Of a stretch of DNA of 64,000 nucleotides, positions 29,615 to 38,633 are shown piece after piece (within the stretch, counting starts at the first letter, position 1; each line of letters starts with the position of its first letter). The position numbers were made by a program, and so were the translations under genes. Under the pieces are notes generated by a model. That model was not told the origin of the DNA. It saw only the letters and a list, made by a program, of their open reading frames with translations, and did not search any database. The stretch spans positions 1-64,000 of the forward strand of contig JAJDDT010000116.1 of assembly GCA_029260165.1 (NCBI GenBank), given 5' to 3'. Origin of the DNA: Phycisphaerae bacterium (lineage in GTDB: Bacteria; Planctomycetota; Phycisphaerae; UBA1845).

Positions 29615-30397
29615 CTATTCTTCCTCTTCTTCTTCTTCCTCGTCGCCGCCTGACGCCATCTCCGCCAGCCAGGCGTCATAATCTTCCTGCGTGTCGACGA
29701 ACAAATCCCCCGACATCGTGAAATGGTTGTTCCCGCACAACTGCGCACAGGCGATGGCTTTTGAGTACTCGCCAACTCTGGTCGCCTCGAACTGCATCGG
29801 AATCGCCATCCCGGGAATCGCATCCTGCTTGACGCGCATGATCGGAATGAAAAAACTGTGAATCACATCCTTGGACGTCAATCGGATCACCACCGGCGTA
29901 TCGACCGGAATATGCATGATCCCCGCCGTCACAAAATCGTCCGCTGCCGCAGGATCGCTGTGATCCAGGCCAACGAGATTCTCGCTGTCGACCAGCTTCG
30001 GAGACGTCGAGCCGAATTTCCCGTCCGCACCCGGATAATGCACGTTCCACTGGAACTGCTCTGCCACAACGTGGATTTCGACGCGGTCATCGCCCTCAGC
30101 CGGAAAATCGGTCCGAGACGCACCAAAGGTCGGAATCGAAAGCCCGAACAACAGGACTACCTCGAAAATGACAACGAAGATTTCCGCGTATTTGGACGGC
30201 TTGGCCTTGATGGTTTCGTACGACGCCTTATGCCCCTCACGAGCACGAAACCGGACGAGGCAATAGGTAAAGAAAATCGCCCAGCCAACGAAGATGACGA
30301 CCATGAACCAGTGCAACATGTCGATCAGCAGATCGACTTTGTGACCATTGACCGAGATGTCAATCGGCAACCACCAGCCGTAGATGGATTCTTCCAT
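29615..30397 (-). CDS. ctaC: cytochrome c oxidase subunit II (CuA), no fused cytochrome c domain, poly-Glu tail
   Basis: The CuA site is H...CAQLCGNNHFTM. The start is MEESIYGWW, with GGAGAAAGG upstream. The protein ends GGDEEEEEEEE. Confidence 0.9.
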   Translation of the reverse strand: MEESIYGWWLPIDISVNGHKVDLLIDMLHWFMVVIFVGWAIFFTYCLVRFRAREGHKASYETIKAKPSKYAEIFVVIFEVVLLFGLSIPTFGASRTDFPAEGDDRVEIHVVAEQFQWNVHYPGADGKFGSTSPKLVDSENLVGLDHSDPAAADDFVTAGIMHIPVDTPVVIRLTSKDVIHSFFIPIMRVKQDAIPGMAIPMQFEATRVGEYSKAIACAQLCGNNHFTMSGDLFVDTQEDYDAWLAEMASGGDEEEEEEEE

Positions 30398-30597
30398 TTC
30401 GCCTTTCTCCAGCAGCCCACCCGGACGACAACACCACAACGGAATCGCCGATCGCCCCCTCGATGCGAAAAACGCCCAAGTTTCAATTGATAGCGGAAGT
30501 AGAAGCCGGGATGACCAAAACGCCCGCCGCGCCAAACTCGTAACGCGTTGGGTACGCAAAAACGCGCCGTCCGTCAAGTAAGATTTTTTCGAAGTCC

Positions 30598-30617
30598 ATA
30601 TTCCATCGGTGGAATAT
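30598..30617. promoter_or_regulatory. palindrome ATATTCC-N6-GGAATAT in divergent coxB/sco1 promoter region
   Basis: The inverted repeat is read directly from the sequence. It overlaps the putative GTG start of sco1. Confidence 0.25.
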
Positions 30618-31364
30618 CCGCACGCCGCCAGGCGACAGGCCGTTCCACGTTGCCCGAAGACGTGCTATTCTCCCGGTCGAAACCGAACGAATCATGCACG
30701 AGAAAAAAGAATGGAACCCACCAGAATCTCACCTGCGGAGCAAAAGGCGTCAAAAATCGTTCTCGTCGTGCTCGTCCTCGGCGGGATACTGATCGCAGGA
30801 CGCGCTTTCGTCGGGATGGCCGGCGAATTGTCTGCCGTCGGCAAGCCTGCCCCGCCGACGACCCTCGGCAGGATCCCCGATTTCAATCTGACAAGGCACG
30901 ACGACAAACCCCTCGGATCGAGCGACCTGCGGGGAAAAATCTGGATCGCCGACTTCATTTTCACGCGCTGTGCAGGCCCATGCCCAATCATGACGCAAAA
31001 GATGGCCAGCCTCCAGGACGTGTTATCAGGACACCGGAACGTGGAATTCGTCACGATCAGCGTCGATCCCGTCTATGACACCCCCAAAGTGCTCCGCGAC
31101 TACGCACAGCATTTCAGTGCCGATCTGAAAAACTGGTCGTTCCTCACCGGGGATCGCGACAAAATTTTCAACCTCTGCCTGCGTGGATTCAAACTGGCCG
31201 TCGCCGAGAATCCTGGAGCGGACTACGACGACATGATCATCCACAGCACGAAATTCACCCTCGTCGACCGAAAAGGCAACATCAGAGGATACTACGAAGG
31301 CACCGACCCCGAAGATATCACACGCCTCGTCACCGACGTCGGTACCCTTGTCGCCAACCCGTGA
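30609..31364 (+). CDS. SCO1/SenC copper chaperone (thioredoxin-like)
   Basis: It has the CAGPCP CxxxC motif, an N-terminal transmembrane anchor and a conserved His. The start is either the GTG at 30609 or the ATG at 30711. Confidence 0.85.
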   Translation: MEYPHAARRQAVPRCPKTCYSPGRNRTNHAREKRMEPTRISPAEQKASKIVLVVLVLGGILIAGRAFVGMAGELSAVGKPAPPTTLGRIPDFNLTRHDDKPLGSSDLRGKIWIADFIFTRCAGPCPIMTQKMASLQDVLSGHRNVEFVTISVDPVYDTPKVLRDYAQHFSADLKNWSFLTGDRDKIFNLCLRGFKLAVAENPGADYDDMIIHSTKFTLVDRKGNIRGYYEGTDPEDITRLVTDVGTLVANP

Positions 31365-31822
31365 TCGCAATGACCACCACCGACATGCTCGCCGTGACCA
31401 CCGCCGACCTGCCCGCCGTCAACGCGTCCTTAAACACCCTCGCCACGATTCTGCTCACGCTCGGCTACGTTTTCGTCAAAAAAAAGCAGCTCGCCCGTCA
31501 CAAGGCGTGCATGATCGCAGCCACAACCGTCTCCGCCATCTTCCTGATTTGTTACCTAACTTACCACTACAACCACGGATCGACGAAATTCACCCACCCC
31601 GGACCGATTCGATACGTCTATTTTTTCATCCTGATCACCCACGTCATTCTCGCCGCCACCGTCGCGCCGTTGGTTCCGATCACGCTCTACCGCGCATGGA
31701 AACAGCAATTCGACCGCCACCGCCGAATCGCCCGATGGACCTGGCCCATCTGGATGTACGTCAGCATCACCGGCGTGATCGTCTACCTCATGCTCTACCA
31801 GTTATTCCCCGGCCCATCGTAA
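31361..31822 (+). CDS. DUF420-family membrane protein (oxidase-associated)
   Basis: It has four transmembrane helices. Its start overlaps the sco1 stop. This family is commonly linked to caa3/aa3 operons. Confidence 0.65.
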   Translation: MIAMTTTDMLAVTTADLPAVNASLNTLATILLTLGYVFVKKKQLARHKACMIAATTVSAIFLICYLTYHYNHGSTKFTHPGPIRYVYFFILITHVILAATVAPLVPITLYRAWKQQFDRHRRIARWTWPIWMYVSITGVIVYLMLYQLFPGPS

Positions 31823-31858
31823 CGTCACAAGCCACGAATCCTGGGATTCCGCAATTCA

Positions 31859-33523
31859 CTACGTTTTGGGAATGCACAAGCAGCTCGTCAGAATGGGCGC
31901 GTCCGCGTGCTTCCACGTTTCGTTGAGCTGGCCGCGAACAATCAACGCCTCAGCCTCCTTGTCCTGACCTTCAAGGGACCGCATAAGACCATACAGAGAC
32001 CATCCATTGTTAGGCCAGCGGCTCAGGTCTTCGCGATACACGCGCTCGGCGTCAGCGAAGCGGTTGTCGATCAAATACACCGCGCCGAGCGTGTGGCGGG
32101 TCGGCTGAATCCACTCCGGCGGTTCCATGTAGGCCAGCGAGTCTTCGATCTTAACACCCATTTCCAGTTCCGACGCAGCACGCTGCAAATGGCCTTTTTG
32201 CAATTCGATCTCGCCCGTGATGAGGTGATCGGCGATACGCAACACCTTTCTCGCCGGATTGATGGCCATGGCGTGATCCTCGGGCAAACGCTCCATCGCT
32301 CGTCGAAAAGCATCGTGTTCGAGTTCGGCGCTGGTAAAATCTTTTTTCGCCGCGAACGCAATGGCGCGATTGGCACGCCACATCGCCGTCGAAACAGGCA
32401 GAATCGGAAGCGGCGGGGATTCGGCGAGAATGTCGTCCCAACGACCGAAACGTTTCTGAACGTCGTACACGGCGCACATCATGTAATCAAGATAGGGAAC
32501 ACCGGCACGAAGGGCGTCGTCCGGAACGTTCTCCGAAATCACGCGAGCCGCATCCAGCGCCTCCTTTTCCCGCCCACTCATCATCGCCGCAAACGCCAAC
32601 ATGTGAGAGTTGTGCGACATATACAGGTGCTGAAACCGCTGCGCCGGAGCCACGTCCCGATAGTGCACATCCGATCGCATCGCTTTCTTGTTTTGAACAA
32701 TCGCCTCATCCCACTGACCGACAAGCACATCGACGTGCGACGGCATGTGCAGCAGATGACCGCTCGCAGGAACCATGTTTCTCAGACGATTGGCCGCTGG
32801 CAACGCCCGTCGCGGATTGCTGCTCGGCTCGACGGCGTGAATATAAAAATGGTTGCAGCCCGGGTTGTTCGGATCCATGTCCATCAACTTCTCGAGCAGC
32901 GCAATAACTTCCTCAGTTCCCTCGCGGGGTTTTCGATCCAGCGTGTAGAGGTTCCACGGGTTGAGGTCCATCAGCGATTCGGCGTAAAAAGTTCCAACGT
33001 CCGAATCCTGAGGATATTTCCCGCTGACGCGCTCCATCGCCGTCGCATAGGCCTTGTCGAGCGTGCTGCGATCTTCAGGCCACGGCTTCGTATAGCGCGT
33101 CGACAACGCGAGGATCAGATCTCTCTCGACCGGCGTCGTGTTGTCGATGAGTTTCACCGCCTCCTGCATCGCAACCCACGCAGCCTCCGATTGCTCCGGA
33201 GTCATCAGAGGGTTGTTGATGTGCGGACCGTGGCAGAGCGCGATGCCCCAAAATGCCATCGCGCATTGGGGATCGAGCTGCGCCGCACGCTCGAATGAGC
33301 GAACAGCTTCGTCATAGTTAAACGCGTACGCCCAGTTGAGACCCTGGTCGAAATACCGCTGGGCTTGCGGCGAGTCCGTCGTCACCGCTCGCCGATGGGA
33401 ACCGATTTCGGCAAACAGTTGGGCACCGTTTTCAGCACGCACCGGTCGAAACGTCAATTGGCTGCAGCCGGCCGACAAGACCAGCCCAGCGAACAGGATT
33501 CCCACGAGGAAGCTTCTCGCCAC
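31859..33523 (-). CDS. TPR-repeat lipoprotein
   Basis: It has a signal peptide with a lipobox (LVLSAGC) and multiple TPR-like repeats. Confidence 0.65.
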   Translation of the reverse strand: MARSFLVGILFAGLVLSAGCSQLTFRPVRAENGAQLFAEIGSHRRAVTTDSPQAQRYFDQGLNWAYAFNYDEAVRSFERAAQLDPQCAMAFWGIALCHGPHINNPLMTPEQSEAAWVAMQEAVKLIDNTTPVERDLILALSTRYTKPWPEDRSTLDKAYATAMERVSGKYPQDSDVGTFYAESLMDLNPWNLYTLDRKPREGTEEVIALLEKLMDMDPNNPGCNHFYIHAVEPSSNPRRALPAANRLRNMVPASGHLLHMPSHVDVLVGQWDEAIVQNKKAMRSDVHYRDVAPAQRFQHLYMSHNSHMLAFAAMMSGREKEALDAARVISENVPDDALRAGVPYLDYMMCAVYDVQKRFGRWDDILAESPPLPILPVSTAMWRANRAIAFAAKKDFTSAELEHDAFRRAMERLPEDHAMAINPARKVLRIADHLITGEIELQKGHLQRAASELEMGVKIEDSLAYMEPPEWIQPTRHTLGAVYLIDNRFADAERVYREDLSRWPNNGWSLYGLMRSLEGQDKEAEALIVRGQLNETWKHADAPILTSCLCIPKT

Positions 33524-33726
33524 AATACGCCTCCGTTCTATCTATTCGCGTACAGGAAGTGAGGAGACCCCAGCCGGTCTCCCGAATTTATCGGCCCTTC
33601 AACTCCCGGTCGTATCCGATCGAACCGTCGGAATCAAGCGAGAATTGCATTTTTCCTGTGATTTGCGATTGTTACCCATCGAACACCGCGGTCAAAATGC
33701 CCTGAAACCCCTGGCCCACCGTATTT

Positions 33727-34587
33727 GTGTCCGATACGATTCGCCAAACCATGAATTCCGCACTTGCAACAAATTCAGCCCTGAACACCGTCCACCTCGG
33801 TGACAATCTCCCATTCATGCAGTCGCTCCCGGACGCGTGTTGTGATCTTATCTACGTCGATCCACCCTTCTGCACCGGACAACGCCAAACCACCGCCCGC
33901 CAAACCAACGGATATTCCGACAACTGGTCCGGTTCCATCGAGGGATATCTGAAATTCCTCGAACCGCGACTACGAGAAATGCACCGCCTCCTGTCCGAAA
34001 CGGGATCACTGCTCGTGCATCTGGACTGGCGAACCGTTCATTACGCCAAGGTGATGCTCGACACCCTCTTTTCGCGCGACAATTTCCTGAACGAAATCAT
34101 CTGGCACTACCGAACCGGCGGACGATGCAGCCACTGGTTCGCCCGCAAGCACGACTCGATTCTTTTCTACGCCAAAAACAAAGGCAAACACACGTTCAAC
34201 GTCCTCCGCGGCGGAAAATTCCGCACCGATGGCCTGAACATCGACGAAGACGGCAGACCCTACAAATCCACCAAAAAGGGACGCCTCTATTTCCACCCGG
34301 ACGGACCAGCCATCACCGACGTCTGGGACATCCCGTTCCTCTCCACCGTCTCAAACGAGCGCACAGGTTACCCAACCCAAAAACCGGAGGCGCTTCTCGA
34401 TCGGATCATTCAGGCAGCCTCCAACCCGGGTGATGTCGTCGCGGATTTCTTCTGCGGTAGCGGTACGACACTCACTGTCGCAGCCCGAACGGATCGACGG
34501 TTTATAGGATGCGATATCGAGTCCGCCGCCGTGGAAATCGCGAAAAACAGGGCGACCAGCCAGGCGAATCAACGCCCGACAACATAG
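33727..34587 (+). CDS. DNA methyltransferase, beta-class (motif IV DPPF before motif I FCGSGTT), likely N6-adenine
   Basis: It has IYVDPPF and, near the C-terminus, DFFCGSGTT. No cognate nuclease lies adjacent. Its GC content (~55%) is lower than that of its neighbours. Confidence 0.8.
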   Translation: MSDTIRQTMNSALATNSALNTVHLGDNLPFMQSLPDACCDLIYVDPPFCTGQRQTTARQTNGYSDNWSGSIEGYLKFLEPRLREMHRLLSETGSLLVHLDWRTVHYAKVMLDTLFSRDNFLNEIIWHYRTGGRCSHWFARKHDSILFYAKNKGKHTFNVLRGGKFRTDGLNIDEDGRPYKSTKKGRLYFHPDGPAITDVWDIPFLSTVSNERTGYPTQKPEALLDRIIQAASNPGDVVADFFCGSGTTLTVAARTDRRFIGCDIESAAVEIAKNRATSQANQRPTT

Positions 34588-35633
34588 TTAAAACCCCCGT
34601 CAAGTCGTTGTCCAATCAAAACAGCCGATTGTGTGTTGAATTCCGGAAACGGAATGATCGTCCCCTTAGGCCACCATGTGTCAGGTTGCCGTGTCCCGGC
34701 TTCGGACATAAAGGCACAATGACCATCAAAGAAATTGATCACAACACCGCGCCCGTTACCCTTGCGATGACGATAACCAAAACTCCCGGGCTTCTCATCA
34801 AAATGATACGCCGACAAAACAAAATCACCCGCATTAAACACCGGCATTGTCGGCCCACCATTGCAAAACATCCCCCCATCCTCCGCGTCCCAGCGATAAT
34901 CATAAGTAATCCGATGATCCTCGTCCGTGAATCGATTCCCGTCCGCCAAATACGCCTTGATCCCCGGATTTGCAATCCGATCCAGTCGCGGAAGATGGTT
35001 CGTGGGCTGCAACGCGTTCCCATTCAGATGATCGAAACTCGCCTTCGGAACAGGTGCAACAGGCCCCCAGGGCTGAGACGGATCACGATCAACCATTGTC
35101 CGAGGCCACATCAAAAAATTGCGAAACGTATTATAACTCACCATCGGAGCCGTCTCAAAAGGACCAGCCGGACCCGGAAAGGGTTCCGCCATAAATTTGT
35201 TCTCAGGGCACGCAAACACCCCCTTGCGAATCTCCGCCAATCGATCCGCCCGATTCACAGGCAATGAAATATTCATGAATTTCGCCGCCAATGGACCCGC
35301 ATAATCCCATATCTGCACCGCATCGGTGGCCAACTCCTCCGCAACCGGGTCCGATTCGTCAGCCACCGAATACAACATACTCCCGGACGTCCCCGGAGAA
35401 CCGCAAAGCCAACCACCAAACGACATCGCATATCCCGTGGCAGCTTTTCCGATATTTGAAAGATTGGCAGAACAAACCACCGTTTTGGCCTGCGACCGCG
35501 CGGACTTGAGCGAGGGCAACAGAATGGAAATCAATAATGCAATGACGCTGACAACAATCAACAATTCAATCAATGTGAATGCCGACGAATTCGTCCCGGA
35601 GCGACGAAGCCAATGGCGATGTGAAGCAGACAT
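34569..35633 (-). CDS. DUF1559 'H-X9-DG' protein with prepilin-type N-terminal cleavage/methylation domain
   Basis: It has the GFTLIELLIVVSVIALL prepilin leader, and its C-terminus carries FDGHxxxxxxxxxDG-like sequence. This family is typical of Planctomycetes. Confidence 0.85.
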   Translation of the reverse strand: MSASHRHWLRRSGTNSSAFTLIELLIVVSVIALLISILLPSLKSARSQAKTVVCSANLSNIGKAATGYAMSFGGWLCGSPGTSGSMLYSVADESDPVAEELATDAVQIWDYAGPLAAKFMNISLPVNRADRLAEIRKGVFACPENKFMAEPFPGPAGPFETAPMVSYNTFRNFLMWPRTMVDRDPSQPWGPVAPVPKASFDHLNGNALQPTNHLPRLDRIANPGIKAYLADGNRFTDEDHRITYDYRWDAEDGGMFCNGGPTMPVFNAGDFVLSAYHFDEKPGSFGYRHRKGNGRGVVINFFDGHCAFMSEAGTRQPDTWWPKGTIIPFPEFNTQSAVLIGQRLDGGFNYVVGR

Positions 35634-35657
35634 TGAAAACCCTTTTGACTGTTCGTC

Positions 35658-36242
35658 CTAACGCGTTCGTTCGATGGAATCCAGGATCGAATAGACCGTG
35701 GCCACATCACGCGCATTGAGCGGTCTCCCCGAGCGGAGAATGATACTGTAAGCATCAACGTCCAGCGCACAGGTCGCCACAATGATCGAGGCTGACTCGT
35801 CGGTCACCAGAACACCCGCACCAACGTCGCCAAACGATACGTCCGTTGGATTAAGCTCCGGTGCCCTGGCAAACATCCCCCCGCCCGCTCGCCCCAGTTG
35901 GCCGTAGGTAATCAGTTGCTCGACTGCAAATCCCGTCGCGGTCAGACCGGCGCGCAACGTTGACCGCTGAACAAAAACCTCGCGCGGAATCGATTCGGGC
36001 GGACTGTCCAGCCGGACCACCTCGCCCATGATCAACCCGTCGATCTGCCTGTCTGACCATCCCGACGGAGGATGAAACGACAACGCCCAGCCCTCGGGGG
36101 CGATAGAATCACCCAGCCGCACCGAGCGACGATGCAGCGACAGACCCGCCGCCAGTGCGGTCGTCATCAACAGCATCGTGAATGGGGCAGCCAGCCGAAC
36201 AAACGCGCGAAACGCAGTGGATTCCGTCGAGGAAACGGTCAT
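35658..36242 (-). CDS. hypothetical membrane-anchored protein
   Basis: The ORF has an N-terminal hydrophobic helix. No motif was recognised. Confidence 0.4.
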   Translation of the reverse strand: MTVSSTESTAFRAFVRLAAPFTMLLMTTALAAGLSLHRRSVRLGDSIAPEGWALSFHPPSGWSDRQIDGLIMGEVVRLDSPPESIPREVFVQRSTLRAGLTATGFAVEQLITYGQLGRAGGGMFARAPELNPTDVSFGDVGAGVLVTDESASIIVATCALDVDAYSIILRSGRPLNARDVATVYSILDSIERTR

Positions 36243-36382
36243 GACAGAATAAAATGCTAGCAGCGCAGGTCAATCGCGGCAACGGTTGACCATGTGTCAA
36301 CCCAATCCTAAAGTGTCCGTGGATTCACCGATGCAGTGGACAGTGGCTGTTTTTTGGATCGTTCAGAGAGGGTTCCGCCCGC

Positions 36383-37234
36383 ATGAGTAACTTCATGGCG
36401 TTCTTCAAGCGGGGGTTGGGTGCGCTCATCCCGACCGTTCTCACGATCGCGGTCTTCCTGTGGGTCTACCATTTTGTGGACACAAACATCGCCCGCCACA
36501 TCACCAGCGGTGTGCTCAAAGTATACGCATGGAGCGGCGAGCCTGACGTCGCCCTCGGAATCGACGACGAAGCAGCCCTGATCTACGGCGAACCCGTTGA
36601 CCAATGGAGCCCAGCTGGCAGACGTTTGACCTCCCACTACATAGCGATCAAAGCCACCGGAGACCCGAACATCGAAGGCAGCGTTGAACGTGCGAATCAG
36701 GATCGGCGTGATGCGCTGTGGGACCTTGTCCGGCGAAAATGGAAAATTTTCAATTTCATTGGATTCGTCATCGCCATTTTCCTTATCTACATGACGGGCT
36801 ATTTCCTCGCCAGTTTTATCGGACGTGCGACCTGGTTGATCCTGGAACGCACCCTGATGCGGATTCCGGTCATCGGCACCATCTACCCCAACATCAAGCA
36901 GGTGACGGATTTCTTCATTTCGGATAAGAAAATAGGGTTCTCAGGCGTCGTGGCTGTCCAGTATCCGCGGAAAGGGATTTGGGCGATGGGTCTGATGACC
37001 GGTCCGCCGATGAGTTCGATCTCCGACCACGACGATCGTGAACTGATCACGGTGTTTATCCCGAGTTCGCCGACACCGATCACCGGGTATACCATCACGG
37101 TGGCCAGGGAGGACGTTATTGAATTACCGCTCTCGATCGATGAGGCGTTGAGATACACGATCAGTGGCGGCGTGGTAAAACCATCGAGTTTTTCGACGCC
37201 CGAGGGTTTGCCGCAACAGGTGCCAACACCGTAA
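36383..37234 (+). CDS. DUF502-family membrane protein
   Basis: It has an N-terminal transmembrane segment (ALIPTVLTIAVFLWVYHFV) and a second transmembrane segment, matching the DUF502 architecture. Confidence 0.65.
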   Translation: MSNFMAFFKRGLGALIPTVLTIAVFLWVYHFVDTNIARHITSGVLKVYAWSGEPDVALGIDDEAALIYGEPVDQWSPAGRRLTSHYIAIKATGDPNIEGSVERANQDRRDALWDLVRRKWKIFNFIGFVIAIFLIYMTGYFLASFIGRATWLILERTLMRIPVIGTIYPNIKQVTDFFISDKKIGFSGVVAVQYPRKGIWAMGLMTGPPMSSISDHDDRELITVFIPSSPTPITGYTITVAREDVIELPLSIDEALRYTISGGVVKPSSFSTPEGLPQQVPTP

Positions 37235-37296
37235 CATTGCGCCAGGCACGGGTGAGTTCACCCGCCTGGCCACCATTCCAGTTAAGGAGGCGACGG

Positions 37297-37596
37297 GTGC
37301 AGATCAACTTCAGCAGCCGGCATGTCGAGGTGCCGGAGGAAATCAAGGACTACGCTCATGAGAAGGCCGGGAAACTACATCGATTTTTCGATCGGATTCA
37401 ATCCATTAACTTCGTGATCGAAAATGAAGGCGACCTCTTCTCGGTCGAGTTGCTGGTCAACGCGGGCGCGAAGCACGAATTCATGGGCAAGGAAACGGGC
37501 GACGATGCCCAAAAGCTGATTGACGCAACGATTGACAAGGTCGAGCGGCAACTGCGGGATTACAAAGAGAAGCTGAAAAGCCATAAACAGGCGTAA
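37297..37596 (+). CDS. hpf: ribosome hibernation promoting factor / RaiA family
   Basis: AAGGAGG lies 7 nt upstream of GTG 37297. The sequence INFSSRHVEVPEEIKDYAHEKAGKL is typical of HPF. Confidence 0.8.
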   Translation: MQINFSSRHVEVPEEIKDYAHEKAGKLHRFFDRIQSINFVIENEGDLFSVELLVNAGAKHEFMGKETGDDAQKLIDATIDKVERQLRDYKEKLKSHKQA

Positions 37597-37656
37597 CCGG
37601 TAGCGGTAAGCAGGAACAACACCGCCGGTGACGGCGCGAGGCGGAGGTGCAGGATC

Positions 37657-38130
37657 GTGAAACTGGGCGACTTTATCATCAACGACGCGATTATTCCGGA
37701 GCTGCAGTCCTCTGACCGCGATGGCGTGATTCGGGAATTGGTTCAGGCATTGGCGGATCAGGGCGCGATCAGTGCCGATGAGGTCGACGCCGTCACGGAA
37801 ATCGCCGTGAAACGCGAAAACGAGGGCAGCACGGGCTTTGGCAAGGGTGTCGCGGTTCCGCACGTCAAGCACGAAACGATCGGAAAGCTCATGGCGTCCA
37901 TTGGCAGATCGAGCACGGGCATCGATTTCGCGTCGCTGGACCGCGCGCCGGTCTACACCGTCGTCCTGCTCATCAGTTCCAAAGAAGACCCCGATGCCCA
38001 CCTGGCTGCCATGGAACAAATCTTCAGGCATCTGCAACGCGACAATTTCAGGCGATTTCTGCGACAGGCAGACACCCGCGAAGCCATCGTGGACCTCATC
38101 AACGAGGCCGACGAAATGTCCGCGGCCTGA
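37657..38130 (+). CDS. ptsN: PTS EIIA(Ntr)-type nitrogen regulatory protein
   Basis: It has the active-site region GKGVAVPH and the EIIA-2 fold pattern. It sits next to hpf as in rpoN-linked clusters. Confidence 0.8.
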   Translation: MKLGDFIINDAIIPELQSSDRDGVIRELVQALADQGAISADEVDAVTEIAVKRENEGSTGFGKGVAVPHVKHETIGKLMASIGRSSTGIDFASLDRAPVYTVVLLISSKEDPDAHLAAMEQIFRHLQRDNFRRFLRQADTREAIVDLINEADEMSAA

Positions 38131-38165
38131 CCCGGCCGCCTGACGAACATTGAGGACCAGGCGTC

Positions 38166-38468
38166 TTGAGCGAACCGAACGAATCAGTTGTGCGCGAAGT
38201 GACCATCTGCAACAAGGAGGGTCTGCACACTCGCCCGGTGATGAAATTCGTGGATCTGGCCCAGACGTTTGAATCCGATGTTTCGGTTCGATCGCTCGAG
38301 AGCACGGAAATCGTGAATGGAAAAAGTGCGATGGAGTTGATGCTCCTGTGTGCGACATTTGGAACTGTTCTTGAAGTCACCGCCACCGGAGTGGATGCAG
38401 CCCGGGCAGTCGAGGCACTGACCGCCCTGGTTGTCGACGAATTCAGCCTCGACCTTCCCAACACCTGA
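38166..38468 (+). CDS. HPr-family phosphocarrier protein (NPr-like)
   Basis: It has GLHTRP around the active His and is 100 aa long. Confidence 0.85.
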   Translation: MSEPNESVVREVTICNKEGLHTRPVMKFVDLAQTFESDVSVRSLESTEIVNGKSAMELMLLCATFGTVLEVTATGVDAARAVEALTALVVDEFSLDLPNT

Positions 38469-38633
38469 CAAGCCAGTCGCGGTTATACCCGGCGGTTCAA
38501 AAAATCACCCCCCTCAAAGCCACCCCGTTGAAGGTTGGGCATTGTCCCCTTAAGCTGGACCCGCCTGGGGTAGTTGCGCCGGATTTGCAGGTTGCGACAA
38601 CGCCCAGCGTGTTTCCGCGATCGTGATGAGTCA

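Noticed and set aside
31907-33298. 463-aa ORF antisense to TPR lipoprotein
   Set aside because: It is an Arg-rich shadow ORF.
37375-38358. 327-aa ORF antisense to hpf/ptsN/HPr
   Set aside because: It overlaps three well-supported genes on the other strand.
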